Of a DNA stretch of 64,000 nucleotides, positions 1 through 9,789 are shown piece after piece. Each line of letters starts with the position of its first letter. The stretch's first letter is position 1. Location: IMG/VR virus record IMGVR_UViG_2061766007_001614, one strand, 5' to 3'. This stretch comes from an uncultured virus (IMG/VR IMGVR_UViG_2061766007_001614). Its lineage: Duplodnaviria > Heunggongvirae > Uroviricota > Caudoviricetes. The notes under the pieces were generated by a model, which worked only from the letters and a program-made list of their open reading frames with translations, ran no database searches and was not told where the DNA came from. A program made the translations under genes and the position numbers.

Positions 1-145
1 ACAGACTAGGCTATACATCCGTAGGTAACTATATATTCTCTCTTAACGTAGTTCTCAAAGAACTAAGGCTAGTCAATATCGAACTTGTTGACCACTGTGT
101 AGTGGTTTAAGTACAAGCCCGCGACTTTAGTCGTGGGTTATTGAC
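1..145 (-). ncRNA. 5' part of IscB omegaRNA (HEARO-like) / left end of an IS200/IS605-family IscB element; the rest runs off the window edge
   Basis: Minus strand reads GTCAATAACCCACGACTAAAGTCGCGGGCTTGT...ACAAGTTCGATATTGACTAGCCT, nearly identical to the end at 5720-5780 that precedes the iscB ORF. Confidence 0.85.
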
Positions 146-2093
146 CAACAACCTCGATCAATTTTAATTTCTTCTTCTTTTGAGTCTTAAGTATTTCTTC
201 TACACGTTTCTTTTCTAGCATTCTCTCCCCTGGAGATATGGTCATGTTGGTATATTTATCCTTGAAAGTTTTCAGGACTCTTACCCTGACCAGCTCTTCT
301 TTAGGGCCGAAAGACCTTTCAGTGAAGCTCGACGCCGTAACTCTTTTGCTACCTGGGCGTGAAAGTAGTTCCTTCCATTGATTTATTATTTTCTGATTGT
401 CATATCTGAAGTCGAACTTTGGAATAGTCAGAATTTTTTCAACATCAAACTTCATGTCATATGGAATAACATATCCTGTTTTACCATCTACAAATCCCTC
501 CTCAAATAATGAAGGAAAAGGAGTTGCAAGAACCGCAGTATTAAGGTTTAACGCCTCAAGTACTGACATTGAGTAAGCCTCAAGGTCACTAAGCTGGACC
601 AGATAATCTGCCCTCTTGATAAAGCTCTGGATGTTCAGCCGAGGATCCATGTTGATAAAATTCTTCGGCGGATTCATAAGTCCTTTGTCAGAAAAGTTCA
701 GCCACGTAAATGGTATATTCTTCTCATTCATCATCTCTGCCAGCTTGCGGATTCTCTTATCGTTCTCACCCTTATCACCGGCCTGCATTCGTGTAGCAGA
801 TACCAGTAAGAGTTCATCTGCTTCAGGATATGAAAGATTGTTTATGACAATCCCATCCTTGGCTTCATCTCCCCAGGAATCTTTTGCAGCCTGTGAGACG
901 TTGACCAGGTAATCACTGTCATGAGGTATCTTGAATAACCTCTGCAGACATGCGTGACACATCTGGATTGACCGATTATACATTACATCCGGTGGAATTT
1001 TATCCTTCAGTCTGTTCAGGATAATGGTGTCACATACTATTGCATGTCTGCCATCGTTCTTGTACACAGGTACCAGTTTAGACAACCGCTCAATCTGCTC
1101 AGGTGGAAAGTCATCATACATTAGGATTATGTCGTAATCCTTTTTCAGATGCTGGATTGTGTTATACAGGAATGTTCCTATCCCACCCACCTTGTTCATG
1201 TACTCGCAGTACATAAGGATGTCTGTTTTTATTGCCGGATCTATCTGAGTATAGCTGTGATATGGTTCGCCTCTCAGTTCATGTCCCCATATGTTTATGC
1301 TTGCTGCTATCTGACAGTATCTTTTCAGCTCAGGAATGTCATTCTGACTGGTGATCAGCCATACTTCATTGACCTCATCCTCTTTTTTTATCTCTTCAAG
1401 GAGCCATTTCATGTCCTTAGTCACATGTTTGTAGTGGTAGACGATACGTTTGGTACGCATCATGCCCTTTTTAAACCTTTTGACCTTGGAATTGTCTACT
1501 CCGGTTCGATAGTAGTACATGTAATCTGTTATGGCAGTGTGCTTGAACTCTTTTTCTGGGTCTAAATACCCAACTTTCCTTGAAAAATCCTCGTCTTCCG
1601 TAGAATCTTTTTTTTCATTGAACCTTACATCGCCCAGGAACGACCTTCTGAAGCATCTCGTACATACCGACGGGTTCTTTAGCCTGTCATTGCTGTTTCT
1701 GAGCTTATATCCCTGCTGAAGACCGTCTTTGTTAAGAGATTTCCATGAGTAATCGATCATGTCAGGCTGTTCTTCTATCTTTTCCAGGAGTTTTTCTATA
1801 AAGTATGGTGGTACAAGGTCATCCGCATCAAGAAATTGGATGTATTCACCCTTGGCATACATCAGGCCAACGTTCCTGGCAGATGCGCAGCCACCATTTT
1901 CTTTCCTGTGGACCTGAACCCATACTTTATCGGTCTTAAAAGGTTTCTTACTCCCGTCATCTACTAAGATTACTTCAATTTCATCGGTTATCTGTTTATC
2001 AAGAACTGAAAGTAACTCGTCAGTGTATTCTTTTGCGTTGTAGTAGGGGATTATTATGCTAAGCTTAATCATAAAAATCCTCTTCTTTAACAT
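138..2093 (-). CDS. Two-domain glycosyltransferase (N-terminal GT2 + C-terminal GT-B/GT4-like)
   Basis: LSIIIPYYN...VDDGS...ARNVG...FLDADD (GT2); GGIGTF and EAYSMSVLEAL (GT-B); stop codon lies inside the IscB left end. Confidence 0.85.
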   Translation of the reverse strand: MLKKRIFMIKLSIIIPYYNAKEYTDELLSVLDKQITDEIEVILVDDGSKKPFKTDKVWVQVHRKENGGCASARNVGLMYAKGEYIQFLDADDLVPPYFIEKLLEKIEEQPDMIDYSWKSLNKDGLQQGYKLRNSNDRLKNPSVCTRCFRRSFLGDVRFNEKKDSTEDEDFSRKVGYLDPEKEFKHTAITDYMYYYRTGVDNSKVKRFKKGMMRTKRIVYHYKHVTKDMKWLLEEIKKEDEVNEVWLITSQNDIPELKRYCQIAASINIWGHELRGEPYHSYTQIDPAIKTDILMYCEYMNKVGGIGTFLYNTIQHLKKDYDIILMYDDFPPEQIERLSKLVPVYKNDGRHAIVCDTIILNRLKDKIPPDVMYNRSIQMCHACLQRLFKIPHDSDYLVNVSQAAKDSWGDEAKDGIVINNLSYPEADELLLVSATRMQAGDKGENDKRIRKLAEMMNEKNIPFTWLNFSDKGLMNPPKNFINMDPRLNIQSFIKRADYLVQLSDLEAYSMSVLEALNLNTAVLATPFPSLFEEGFVDGKTGYVIPYDMKFDVEKILTIPKFDFRYDNQKIINQWKELLSRPGSKRVTASSFTERSFGPKEELVRVRVLKTFKDKYTNMTISPGERMLEKKRVEEILKTQKKKKLKLIEVVGQ

Positions 2094-2295
2094 TTAGTCC
2101 CTCGTGGATAGTGGTGGTGATTATCTCATCCCAGTCAGACTCTATTTTATGGAAAGTCTCTTTGTATCTGTCTGGTTTTAGTAAAAACATCAGTACAATT
2201 CTTACAATTTCCAGATGCTCACGATGCAATACTCTTATCAGATTTAAAATTAAAACAAACTTCTTGTCTGCCAATACTTCTTTGACATCTTTCAC
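2065..2295 (-). CDS. hypothetical protein
   Basis: 76-aa ORF, GTG start after a GGGGG SD-like run, overlaps the GT start. Confidence 0.55.
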   Translation of the reverse strand: MKDVKEVLADKKFVLILNLIRVLHREHLEIVRIVLMFLLKPDRYKETFHKIESDWDEIITTTIHEGLNVKEEDFYD

Positions 2296-2409
2296 AGCAA
2301 TTTATCCCCCAAAAACAGAATAATATCAAAAATAATTTTTACCACTTCCCTTAACAGGAAGTTTACAAGGACTGCCCCTATTAGGATTATGATTGCATTC
2401 CCAATTACT

Positions 2410-2667
2410 TCAGCTAGTGGACTCTGTGGGATCTTCATCGGCCACCTCCACCATCCTTATACCCTTAATAGAAAAACGTATAGACTTATCATCGTATGGG
2501 ATTATATACCCGGCCTTCTTTAGTGCTTTCACATAAGAATGAACTGATGATAAGCTCTTTGCCCCCACTCCATCAGCTATCTCTCTGACAGATGGAGTAA
2601 CCTGATTCTTTAGCATGAACTCTCGGATAAATTCAAAAGCTTCACGTTGTCTTTTAGTTATAGCCAT
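2410..2667 (-). CDS. LexA-like N-terminal DNA-binding domain protein (no peptidase domain)
   Basis: ITKRQREAFEFI...PSVREIADGVG.KS.SSVHSYVKALKKAGYI matches the LexA winged HTH; only 85 aa. Confidence 0.8.
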   Translation of the reverse strand: MAITKRQREAFEFIREFMLKNQVTPSVREIADGVGAKSLSSVHSYVKALKKAGYIIPYDDKSIRFSIKGIRMVEVADEDPTESTS

Positions 2668-2704
2668 GTAGTTAAGCCCCTTTTAACAAAAATCACGGTG
2701 GATT

Positions 2705-2932
2705 TTACCACCTATNNNNNNNNNNATCATCGTACTCCACCTTGGTTTCTTCTCTAAGCCTAAACCACTCAATCATCTCAGGATTATCTACCTCAACTAC
2801 TTTTCCACAACTAAAGCAGTGATACCATCCGTCCTCGTACTTCCAGATAGGTTCTTCACATTCCGGGCAGCTTGGTCTTTTATAACACTTATCCTCGTGA
2901 AAATCGTAATCTGTTCCCCATATTGCTTTCAT
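2705..2932 (-). CDS. small zinc-ribbon protein
   Basis: CPEC...CFSC; start overlaps upstream stop; gap at 3' end. Confidence 0.55.
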   Translation of the reverse strand: MKAIWGTDYDFHEDKCYKRPSCPECEEPIWKYEDGWYHCFSCGKVVEVDNPEMIEWFRLREETKVEYDDXXXXRW

Positions 2933-3207
2933 CTTCTCCTTCTCCTCCGTAACTTCTTTGGGAATCTCATGTATAAATCATTCCCAGTCAATAACCATAC
3001 TCTAAATCCCTCTGGGTTTCTTAACGTTGCAGTAAACTCCATAGGCTCTGTTGTCCTTATGTACCGTTTGGTGTTGTCAATGCTATCAGGTGTTAAATCA
3101 ACCTCGTCTATATGACTTATAAGATTGATGTTTTTATATTCACCGTTCTCATCAAGAACAGCCATTCTTATACTGCTCAAATCCATCTTAATCGGCATCC
3201 CAATCAA
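2929..3207 (-). CDS. hypothetical protein
   Basis: 92-aa ORF with GGAG SD, coupled to the next gene. Confidence 0.55.
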   Translation of the reverse strand: MIGMPIKMDLSSIRMAVLDENGEYKNINLISHIDEVDLTPDSIDNTKRYIRTTEPMEFTATLRNPEGFRVWLLTGNDLYMRFPKKLRRRRRR

Positions 3208-3802
3208 TCTCCATCTTTACGTATTTAGGACAGTTCTTTACGCGAAACAGTACCGTGTCACATTCAAGTCCTACAGTACATTCATTCTCCTCTGCCGTGA
3301 CAAAGCCAGGATAATCAGCAACATGTCTTTTATTCCCACACGTTGNNNNNNNNNNNNNNTTCTTCAAAAACTCTTTTCATCCGAGCATTATCTTCTGCCC
3401 TTTCTTCTGGAGTTGGACAAATCATTCTTCTAAGTCTATTCATATCCCCGCTCCTATAGCCAATACAAAACCAACTATCAGCAGCAATCCACAAATCTTC
3501 TCAGCTATCCTAAGTGTTACCTCGTCCATATTTTGCCCCTATACCCTCTTCTGAACATCTCGTACATCTCATTTGGATCCTCGCCATCTGGGACATACAC
3601 TTCATACGTGGTAAAGTGAGTCCCACACTCAGGGCATTTCTTCCTTCTACGTACACGATTAGGGGGAGTATCTCTTGTATCTATATTGATTGTCTTTGGT
3701 GCTCCNNNNNNNNNNNNNNNNNNNNNNNNNNNNNATCAACCCCCATAAGCAACGCCGCTAAAGATATGGCGATGAATACTAATACTTTGAATTCAAACTC
3801 TT

Positions 3803-4015
3803 TCATGCATATCCCCTGGCCAAGTAACCTGCAACTGTCTCGTTGTTTTTAACATCCCCATTGACATTTCCATTGATAATGACAACTGTCTTGCACTTCT
3901 TAATACTCCCGTTAACGTTGCCGTAGACAATCACCACATCAGCATCTTCCACATCCCCGTTAACAGAACGGAGCTTTCGGGGGATAGACGGTTTTACTGG
4001 TATATTGGTTCCCAT
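3803..4015 (-). CDS. small beta-helix-like protein
   Basis: Repeated VNGDV/GNVNG motifs. Confidence 0.5.
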   Translation of the reverse strand: MGTNIPVKPSIPRKLRSVNGDVEDADVVIVYGNVNGSIKKCKTVVIINGNVNGDVKNNETVAGYLARGYA

Positions 4016-4223
4016 GCATCATTCCCCCTCGTCCATTAACCAGCCATAGACGGTCTGCCACGCTTCNNNNNNNNNNNNCTGGGTACACTCCGAAGTATCT
4101 GTTTATGGTAGCTGCAGCATCAATTGATTGTTCTCTGAGCGTTAGCAGTGCATCCAGTTCTTCTCTCCATTTATCCATATAAGTAACCTTTCCGCAAACA
4201 TGCGCGGGGACTCGTGACTTTAG

Positions 4224-5508
4224 TCATGAGAGGAGCGCTGTAAATTGGTTGCTAATAAATTGATTTTGGCGATACATCAATTGAATTTTACTCGGAACAA
4301 TCTCTAAAGTATCGCCTTGTAAATTTTTCAAAACAAAAGAACCTTTTAATCTTCTTCCGTGTATATACCACTCTTTACCTTTTGCTTTAACTGCATCAAA
4401 TAACCTATAGCCTTTTACATATATAGGTGCTTGGTTGAGTTTGCGTACCCCGCCTTTTAAGATAGACATTTTATGTATTTTCCTATTGTGACAACGAACT
4501 TTCTTTTGATAGTAAACAACTGTCTTGCACCACGGGTGAATAGCCTCTGGATAATCGCTGATACACCTTGCATCTATGTAATGCTCTTTAGGCAAGCTAT
4601 GTTCTATACGCTTATTCTTTGTGATATAGCCATATGTCATGTATACATTCGGATATATTCCTTTAAGTTTGTTATAGAAAGCCCACCTCATTACTCCCAT
4701 AAAGCTACTATTCTTAAAACTAGCACCACGCTTGATCGTCTTTGGAAGTTGGATATTCCCTTTATGGTACTGAGAGTGACAGTATTCACAAAGCGTTACC
4801 AGATTATTAGGTGCGTCACCGCCTGTCTTTCTACTCTCANNNNNNNNNNNNNNNNNNNNNNNNNNNNNNNNNNNNNNNNNCTTGACTTGCCCTTACAGCA
4901 TTGACAAATATGATTATCTCGCCATAGCACATATTCTCTAACGTTCCAAAAATCTAACTGCTCTCCTTGCTGATATTCAACTCCTTGTATGTCTGGATTT
5001 TTTATCTTTTGAATATCAAACTGTGCAGTTTCTACAGTAATCTTGGTTATTGGAAGTATCTTATGAACATTNNNNNNNNNNNNNNNNNNNNNNNNNNNNN
5101 NNNNNNNNNNNNNNNGATACTTGGTGCAAGCCATCCATCACCTCTACGTCTGTTATCAAATCTAGCCTTGCGGTATCTGGTTTTGCGGTTCCGTCTTGCT
5201 CTACGCATTTCTCTTCTCGTAGATAACAGTTCTACAATGTCGTTTCTTAATGTCACGTCAGCTTCGTAAAGAACTTTCGCTCCTGTATTGTCTCCTTTCG
5301 TAATGGCTGATATACCAATGTGTTTACTTCCTGCATCTACACCCAAAGAGATAGGTTGTGTTTGGTTATCACACGGATATAAAAGTTGTATTGTAAATGG
5401 ACAACGCTTTACTACCTTCGCCTTGCTATTTTTCAGAAGCACACGCACTTTAGCATGGTTTACTGTAGGCATTATAGGTTGTCCGTCTTGGTTTAACACA
5501 TAAACCAT
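4224..5508 (-). CDS. iscB: RNA-guided endonuclease IscB (split into 3 ORF pieces by N-gaps)
   Basis: PLMP-like GQPIMP, RuvC-I LGVDAGSKHIG, bridge helix RREMRRARRNRKTRYRKARF, RuvC-II ITVETAQFD, HNH CQCC, RuvC-III HYIDARCI. Confidence 0.92.
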
Positions 5509-5514
5509 AAGGCT

Positions 5515-5780
5515 GTACTCCTTTCAAAATTTAATCACTCACTCCGAAAAGTGGTTAGGTAGCCTTCGCCAATGTTAATGAGAGGTTTTGTATATCAGCA
5601 ACACTGTTCCTACCCAACAGAACTGTTTAATCACTGATCTTAGAGCTNNNNNNNNNNNNNNNNNNNNNNNNNNNNNNNNNNNNNNNNNNNNNNNNNNNNN
5701 NNNNNNNNNNNNNNNNNNNTAGGCTAGTCAATATCGAACTTGTATTCACAAGCTCGCGACTTTAGTCGTGGGTTATTGAC
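5515..5780 (-). ncRNA. omegaRNA (HEARO) upstream of iscB, partly in a gap
   Basis: About 270 nt non-coding leader starting GTCAATAACCCACGACTAAAGTCG and ending ...AACATTGGCGAAGG...AAAGGAG directly before the iscB ATG. Confidence 0.85.
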
Positions 5781-6267
5781 TATCTTTTACTTCACTTTCA
5801 TCTGACGTTGATACATCTTCTAAGAAGATTTCTACTGGTTCTTGCTGTACTACATATGTTTCAAGTCTATATCTCAATAATGGTGAATCTCCATACATAT
5901 GAGATATTCCTGATATCTTTATCTCATCACCTGACGCGAAATCCTTGCTCCCATGCTCATCTGCCTTATTAAAAGACTTAGCAATAGCCTCATTAAAAAT
6001 GATATACTCACCTACTCTCATTTCGGGAATAGAATTAGGTTGTTCATCAGAATAGACTAACACCTCCCCTTCCTGCAAGAAGAATAAATTTACTATATTA
6101 TTTTCTTGGTCTATCTTTGTATCAGTCAAATCCTCTATATTGACATCTTTATCTGCAAGCATTGATAAAATCTCATCAAATCTATCTTCATATTCTTCTG
6201 ATGAGAAATTTGGTATATGAACTATTGCCTGAATTGCTGTATTTGAATATAACTCTATCCTCTTCAT
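5773..6267 (-). CDS. hypothetical acidic protein
   Basis: 164-aa ORF; stop codon inside the IscB left end. Confidence 0.6.
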   Translation of the reverse strand: MKRIELYSNTAIQAIVHIPNFSSEEYEDRFDEILSMLADKDVNIEDLTDTKIDQENNIVNLFFLQEGEVLVYSDEQPNSIPEMRVGEYIIFNEAIAKSFNKADEHGSKDFASGDEIKISGISHMYGDSPLLRYRLETYVVQQEPVEIFLEDVSTSDESEVKDSQ

Positions 6268-6318
6268 TCTTTATATTCAACCTCCTGAATAAGATTCTTT
6301 GGATTCAAGAATCTTATA

Positions 6319-6987
6319 TTACTCATACGTNNNNNNNNNNNNNNNNNNNNNNNNNNNNNNNNNNNNNNNNNNNNNNNNNNNNNNNNNNNNNNNNNATTTT
6401 AAGATATCAAAATACTGTAAGGAACCTTTAAATGTTCCAAAATAATTCTCCATGTAAGATTCTTTTAGAAATGACTTTGATGGCATGAAATATTGTACTA
6501 CCACATTATGATATGGTTGACCCCATCTCTGATGATAAGAATCAAGCCTTGAAACCATCTTAGATATTGTTTGATTCGTGTATCTCTTATCGAAGGTATC
6601 ATTAACACCTGCTATGTAATCTGACTTATTTGTAAGATACACCACATCTTTATTTTTCAAAAATAGCATAGATTTCTTTGTGATATCTCTTAGATCACGC
6701 GAGTTACCCCTATAAAGAGAATAGTCATACCATGTCTCAAATCCACAAATACGAATACCTTTTCCAAAAATAGGACGATTTNNNNNNNNNNNNNNNNNNN
6801 NNNNNNNNNNNNNNNNNNNNNNNNNNNNNNNNNNNNNNNNNNNNNNNNNNNNNNNNNNNNNNNNNNNNNNNNNNNNNNNNNNNNNNNNNNNNNNNNNNNN
6901 NNNNNNNNNNNNNNNNNACTCTGAACCAAGCTTATTCACAAAGAAAAGAGTTGTATGATAATCACTTGAGATACCACCAGAACACAC
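6319..6987 (-). CDS. hypothetical protein (fragmentary)
   Basis: Open frame on both sides of gaps; ends uncertain. Confidence 0.4.
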   Translation of the reverse strand: MCSGGISSDYHTTLFFVNKLGSEXXXXXXXXXXXXXXXXXXXXXXXXXXXXXXXXXXXXXXXXXXXXXXNRPIFGKGIRICGFETWYDYSLYRGNSRDLRDITKKSMLFLKNKDVVYLTNKSDYIAGVNDTFDKRYTNQTISKMVSRLDSYHQRWGQPYHNVVVQYFMPSKSFLKESYMENYFGTFKGSLQYFDILKXXXXXXXXXXXXXXXXXXXXXXTYE

Positions 6988-7039
6988 CAGAGACCTTATT
7001 TCTCGTGTTTTACAATCATTAACAAGGAAGTAAACCTTA

Positions 7040-7690
7040 TCAGTTGCNNNNNNNNNNNNNNNNNNNNNNNNNNNNNNNNNNNNNNNNNNNNNNNNNNNNN
7101 NNNNNNNNNNNNNNNNTTAACTCTCCTATTACGGACTCTACCTCTTCAACACACTCATCAAGATAACCATCTTTATTTTCTGATATGAAATTAGGACTGA
7201 AATATTGTTCAATTTCTTTGAAATCTAAGTGGTCTTGATATAAACGTCTACAAGCTTCTATTACCTGCTCATCTGAGTGAGTCCTTTCCAACATTCTTCT
7301 AAGTCTTACTCTTGGTGGAACTTCTATATGAATCCAACACATATTAGGGTCTGAGTTTCTTTGTTTTACTTTTACTGCCTGATCTACAGAACCCCATAAC
7401 AGGTATTTCTTTGAATAATCTTGATATTTAGGAGTTGCATATCTTACTATATCAGATTTTCCTACGAAGTTATATTTACGACATTNNNNNNNNNNNNNNN
7501 NNNNNNNNNNNNNNNNNNNNNNNNNNNNNNNNNNNNNNNNNNNNNNNNNNNNNNNNNNNNNNNNNNNNCCTTTTCTAGGTTCTCTCGTCGTATATGTAAC
7601 TAGCTTTTCAAAATCAGAATTCCTCTTAAGAATCTTATTAGCTATTGTGTCTTTACCAGCTCCTCCAAAACCTGATATGAATACCAACAT
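7040..7690 (-). CDS. guanylate kinase-like P-loop kinase
   Basis: ISGFGGAGKDT Walker A and VTYTTREPR GMK motif. Confidence 0.8.
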   Translation of the reverse strand: MLVFISGFGGAGKDTIANKILKRNSDFEKLVTYTTREPRKXXXXXXXXXXXXXXXXXXXXXXXXXXXXXCRKYNFVGKSDIVRYATPKYQDYSKKYLLWGSVDQAVKVKQRNSDPNMCWIHIEVPPRVRLRRMLERTHSDEQVIEACRRLYQDHLDFKEIEQYFSPNFISENKDGYLDECVEEVESVIGELXXXXXXXXXXXXXXXXXXXXXXXXN

Positions 7691-8106
7691 TACTTTTTCT
7701 CCTGCATATGAATCACATCAGCAATAATCTCATACCTACGCTGATACTCAGCCTTTGATATATTATTGTCTGAATCCTGCTTTGTCCCCTTTAATAATAC
7801 AAAGAATCCCTTATCATCACCTGTTCCAGGAATTCTATAATAAGCTATAACCTCGCCNNNNNNNNNNNNNNNNNNNNNNNNNNNNNNNNNNNNNNNNNAT
7901 GGTTTGCTTACTGATAATACTGAATCTTTTGTTGAGTTCTTAAATTCTTTTGATAACTCTGCATCAATAGGATGATTCTTTCCAACGAATGACTCTGTAT
8001 TATTAGCAACTGACATTGACATCAGCATATTATTCCACACCAGACCTACTGTACACTCTGCTATACGAGAAATTATCTCAGCTAAGCTTTTATACCTATC
8101 AAACAC
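7690..8106 (-). CDS. hypothetical protein (N-terminus possibly in gap)
   Basis: 138-aa ORF coupled to the kinase. Confidence 0.45.
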   Translation of the reverse strand: MFDRYKSLAEIISRIAECTVGLVWNNMLMSMSVANNTESFVGKNHPIDAELSKEFKNSTKDSVLSVSKPXXXXXXXXXXXXXXGEVIAYYRIPGTGDDKGFFVLLKGTKQDSDNNISKAEYQRRYEIIADVIHMQEKK

Positions 8107-8221
8107 TTCTGATAAGTCATCATCTTTTNNNNNNNNNNTGTTTTGTATATGGTTAATTTATACCACTTAAAATCAAATATTTAGTGCATATTACCAGTTG
8201 CAACTACACAATATGGTATCT

Positions 8222-9193
8222 CTAATTTATTCCATCTCGTTTTCTTGTCTTTAGATAGTCTTCGAACGTCTCAGTAGCCCAGAATATAAATCGGTTATTA
8301 ACCCATCTTTGAAGATACCGAAGATCGCACCCTTTAGGAAGATGTTCTTTGTCATATAACATCACATACGGCGCAAAACCATGGTCTCGGAGCCAGTATA
8401 TCCTTTCCAGGTCTTCTGTTCTGACTACACGTTCTCTGTCTCCGCAAAGAACATATACTTGGAGATCCTTATTACGTACCTTACTGTGCTTACGAAACTC
8501 CTTGAACTTAGGTGTGATTATTTCGTAATCCTCGTATCGATCCCATGCAAAATGTATTGCGTCAAGCTTTATCTGGGAAAGCATTATTGCTTTTTCTTCT
8601 GTCATCATCCTAATGTCGAGCCCTTGATTAAAATTTACGTGTGTTTTGCTATCGATTAACTGCTGAAGTAAGCCTTTCCAGTCAGGACAGGCTAAAATAT
8701 TAGGATCATATAATACAATGTGCTTTTGACCTCTCCAAAACTCTGAGAGATCTGCAACCTTGTGTGAACACTGAGTTTCTTTTTTTGAGACTATACAGAA
8801 GTTGCAATTGCGAGGACATCCTCTTGTTAAGAATCCATAGGCTGTGTCTTTTGCTAACTCAGGATAGATACTGTAATCGGGATACATATGCTCTACCTCT
8901 TCAGGCAATGAAAGATCCTTTGACTTGTCGTATACTTCCTTGCCATCAACTACGGATATTGCATAGCCAGTTCCACCTTTTATTACCTTATCAGCATTGA
9001 TGTAGTATGGATAATCCGGTGAAAAACTAAACACTTTGCTGACATATACAATATCCATATGTCCACTAAACAAAGGCTGATACCATTCTACAGAGTCGCC
9101 TTGCTGTTTATGCCATTGAGACAACTTCATTAATGGCAATGACGGATAGCCTGAGCAGTCTACATCTATTAACCCTATTCTCACTTGCAGCAA
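8222..9193 (-). CDS. radical SAM protein
   Basis: RGCPRNCNFC CxxxCxxC motif; N-terminal IGLIDVD...PSLPLMKLS and FNQGLDIR typical of phage radical SAM proteins. Confidence 0.85.
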   Translation of the reverse strand: MLQVRIGLIDVDCSGYPSLPLMKLSQWHKQQGDSVEWYQPLFSGHMDIVYVSKVFSFSPDYPYYINADKVIKGGTGYAISVVDGKEVYDKSKDLSLPEEVEHMYPDYSIYPELAKDTAYGFLTRGCPRNCNFCIVSKKETQCSHKVADLSEFWRGQKHIVLYDPNILACPDWKGLLQQLIDSKTHVNFNQGLDIRMMTEEKAIMLSQIKLDAIHFAWDRYEDYEIITPKFKEFRKHSKVRNKDLQVYVLCGDRERVVRTEDLERIYWLRDHGFAPYVMLYDKEHLPKGCDLRYLQRWVNNRFIFWATETFEDYLKTRKRDGIN

Positions 9194-9789
9194 CTTGCAG
9201 CTCTTTTGAAAAAATCAAATATATTGAGCTGTCTTCCTTCCTGATGCAAAAGAAATCCCTTGTCACCGTCATACTGGTCTGCGTAATAAAACTTATGCCC
9301 ATGGCAGGACTTGCGCTTACCCTTCAGACACTTGTTAATCTCAGAGTCATCACACCTTAAGGCCCTGGCTGCAGCCATTTGTGATTCAAACCACTTCTCG
9401 TCACCATTTGCAAGGTTGACAGCAATAATTTCTCTCCTCTGATTAAAGCCTTTTATCTGTCCTCTGCGGCCTGCCAGCATGGAATTCTCCCGGGGAGTAC
9501 ACCACTCAAGGTTTGATACCCTGTTGTCATCCTTCTTGCCGTTGATGTGATTAACAAACGGCTTATTTTGTGGATTAGGTATAAAGGCCATTGCAATAAG
9601 CCTGTGAACTCTCACGTGCTCTGCTTTACCATTTAATTTAATCGACACTCTTTTGTATCCTTCAGGATCTGTATCCTGTGATTTAATCTTTCCATTCTTA
9701 TTCCTGACTCGTCCCAGATCGCTGACCATACATCCGTCTGCTCCTGGGATACTTTTCCAAATTTCCATTATATTCCCCCCTTGTGTCAA
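9181..9789 (-). CDS. NUMOD4/HNH homing endonuclease
   Basis: EIWKSI...VSDLGRVR; VHRLIA.AFIPNP..KPFVNHING.K.DNRVSNLEWCT; NUMOD1-like C-terminus. Confidence 0.9.
   Translation of the reverse strand: MTQGGNIMEIWKSIPGADGCMVSDLGRVRNKNGKIKSQDTDPEGYKRVSIKLNGKAEHVRVHRLIAMAFIPNPQNKPFVNHINGKKDDNRVSNLEWCTPRENSMLAGRRGQIKGFNQRREIIAVNLANGDEKWFESQMAAARALRCDDSEINKCLKGKRKSCHGHKFYYADQYDGDKGFLLHQEGRQLNIFDFFKRAASCCK

Larger units (their letters stand above)
4200..5780 (-). mobile_element. IS200/IS605-family IscB (OMEGA) element, no TnpA seen
   Basis: Left-end hairpin CACGACTAAAGTCG at about 5755-5770, similar right-end hairpin CTCATGACTAAAGTCACGAG at about 4211-4230, enclosing omegaRNA and iscB. Confidence 0.85.
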
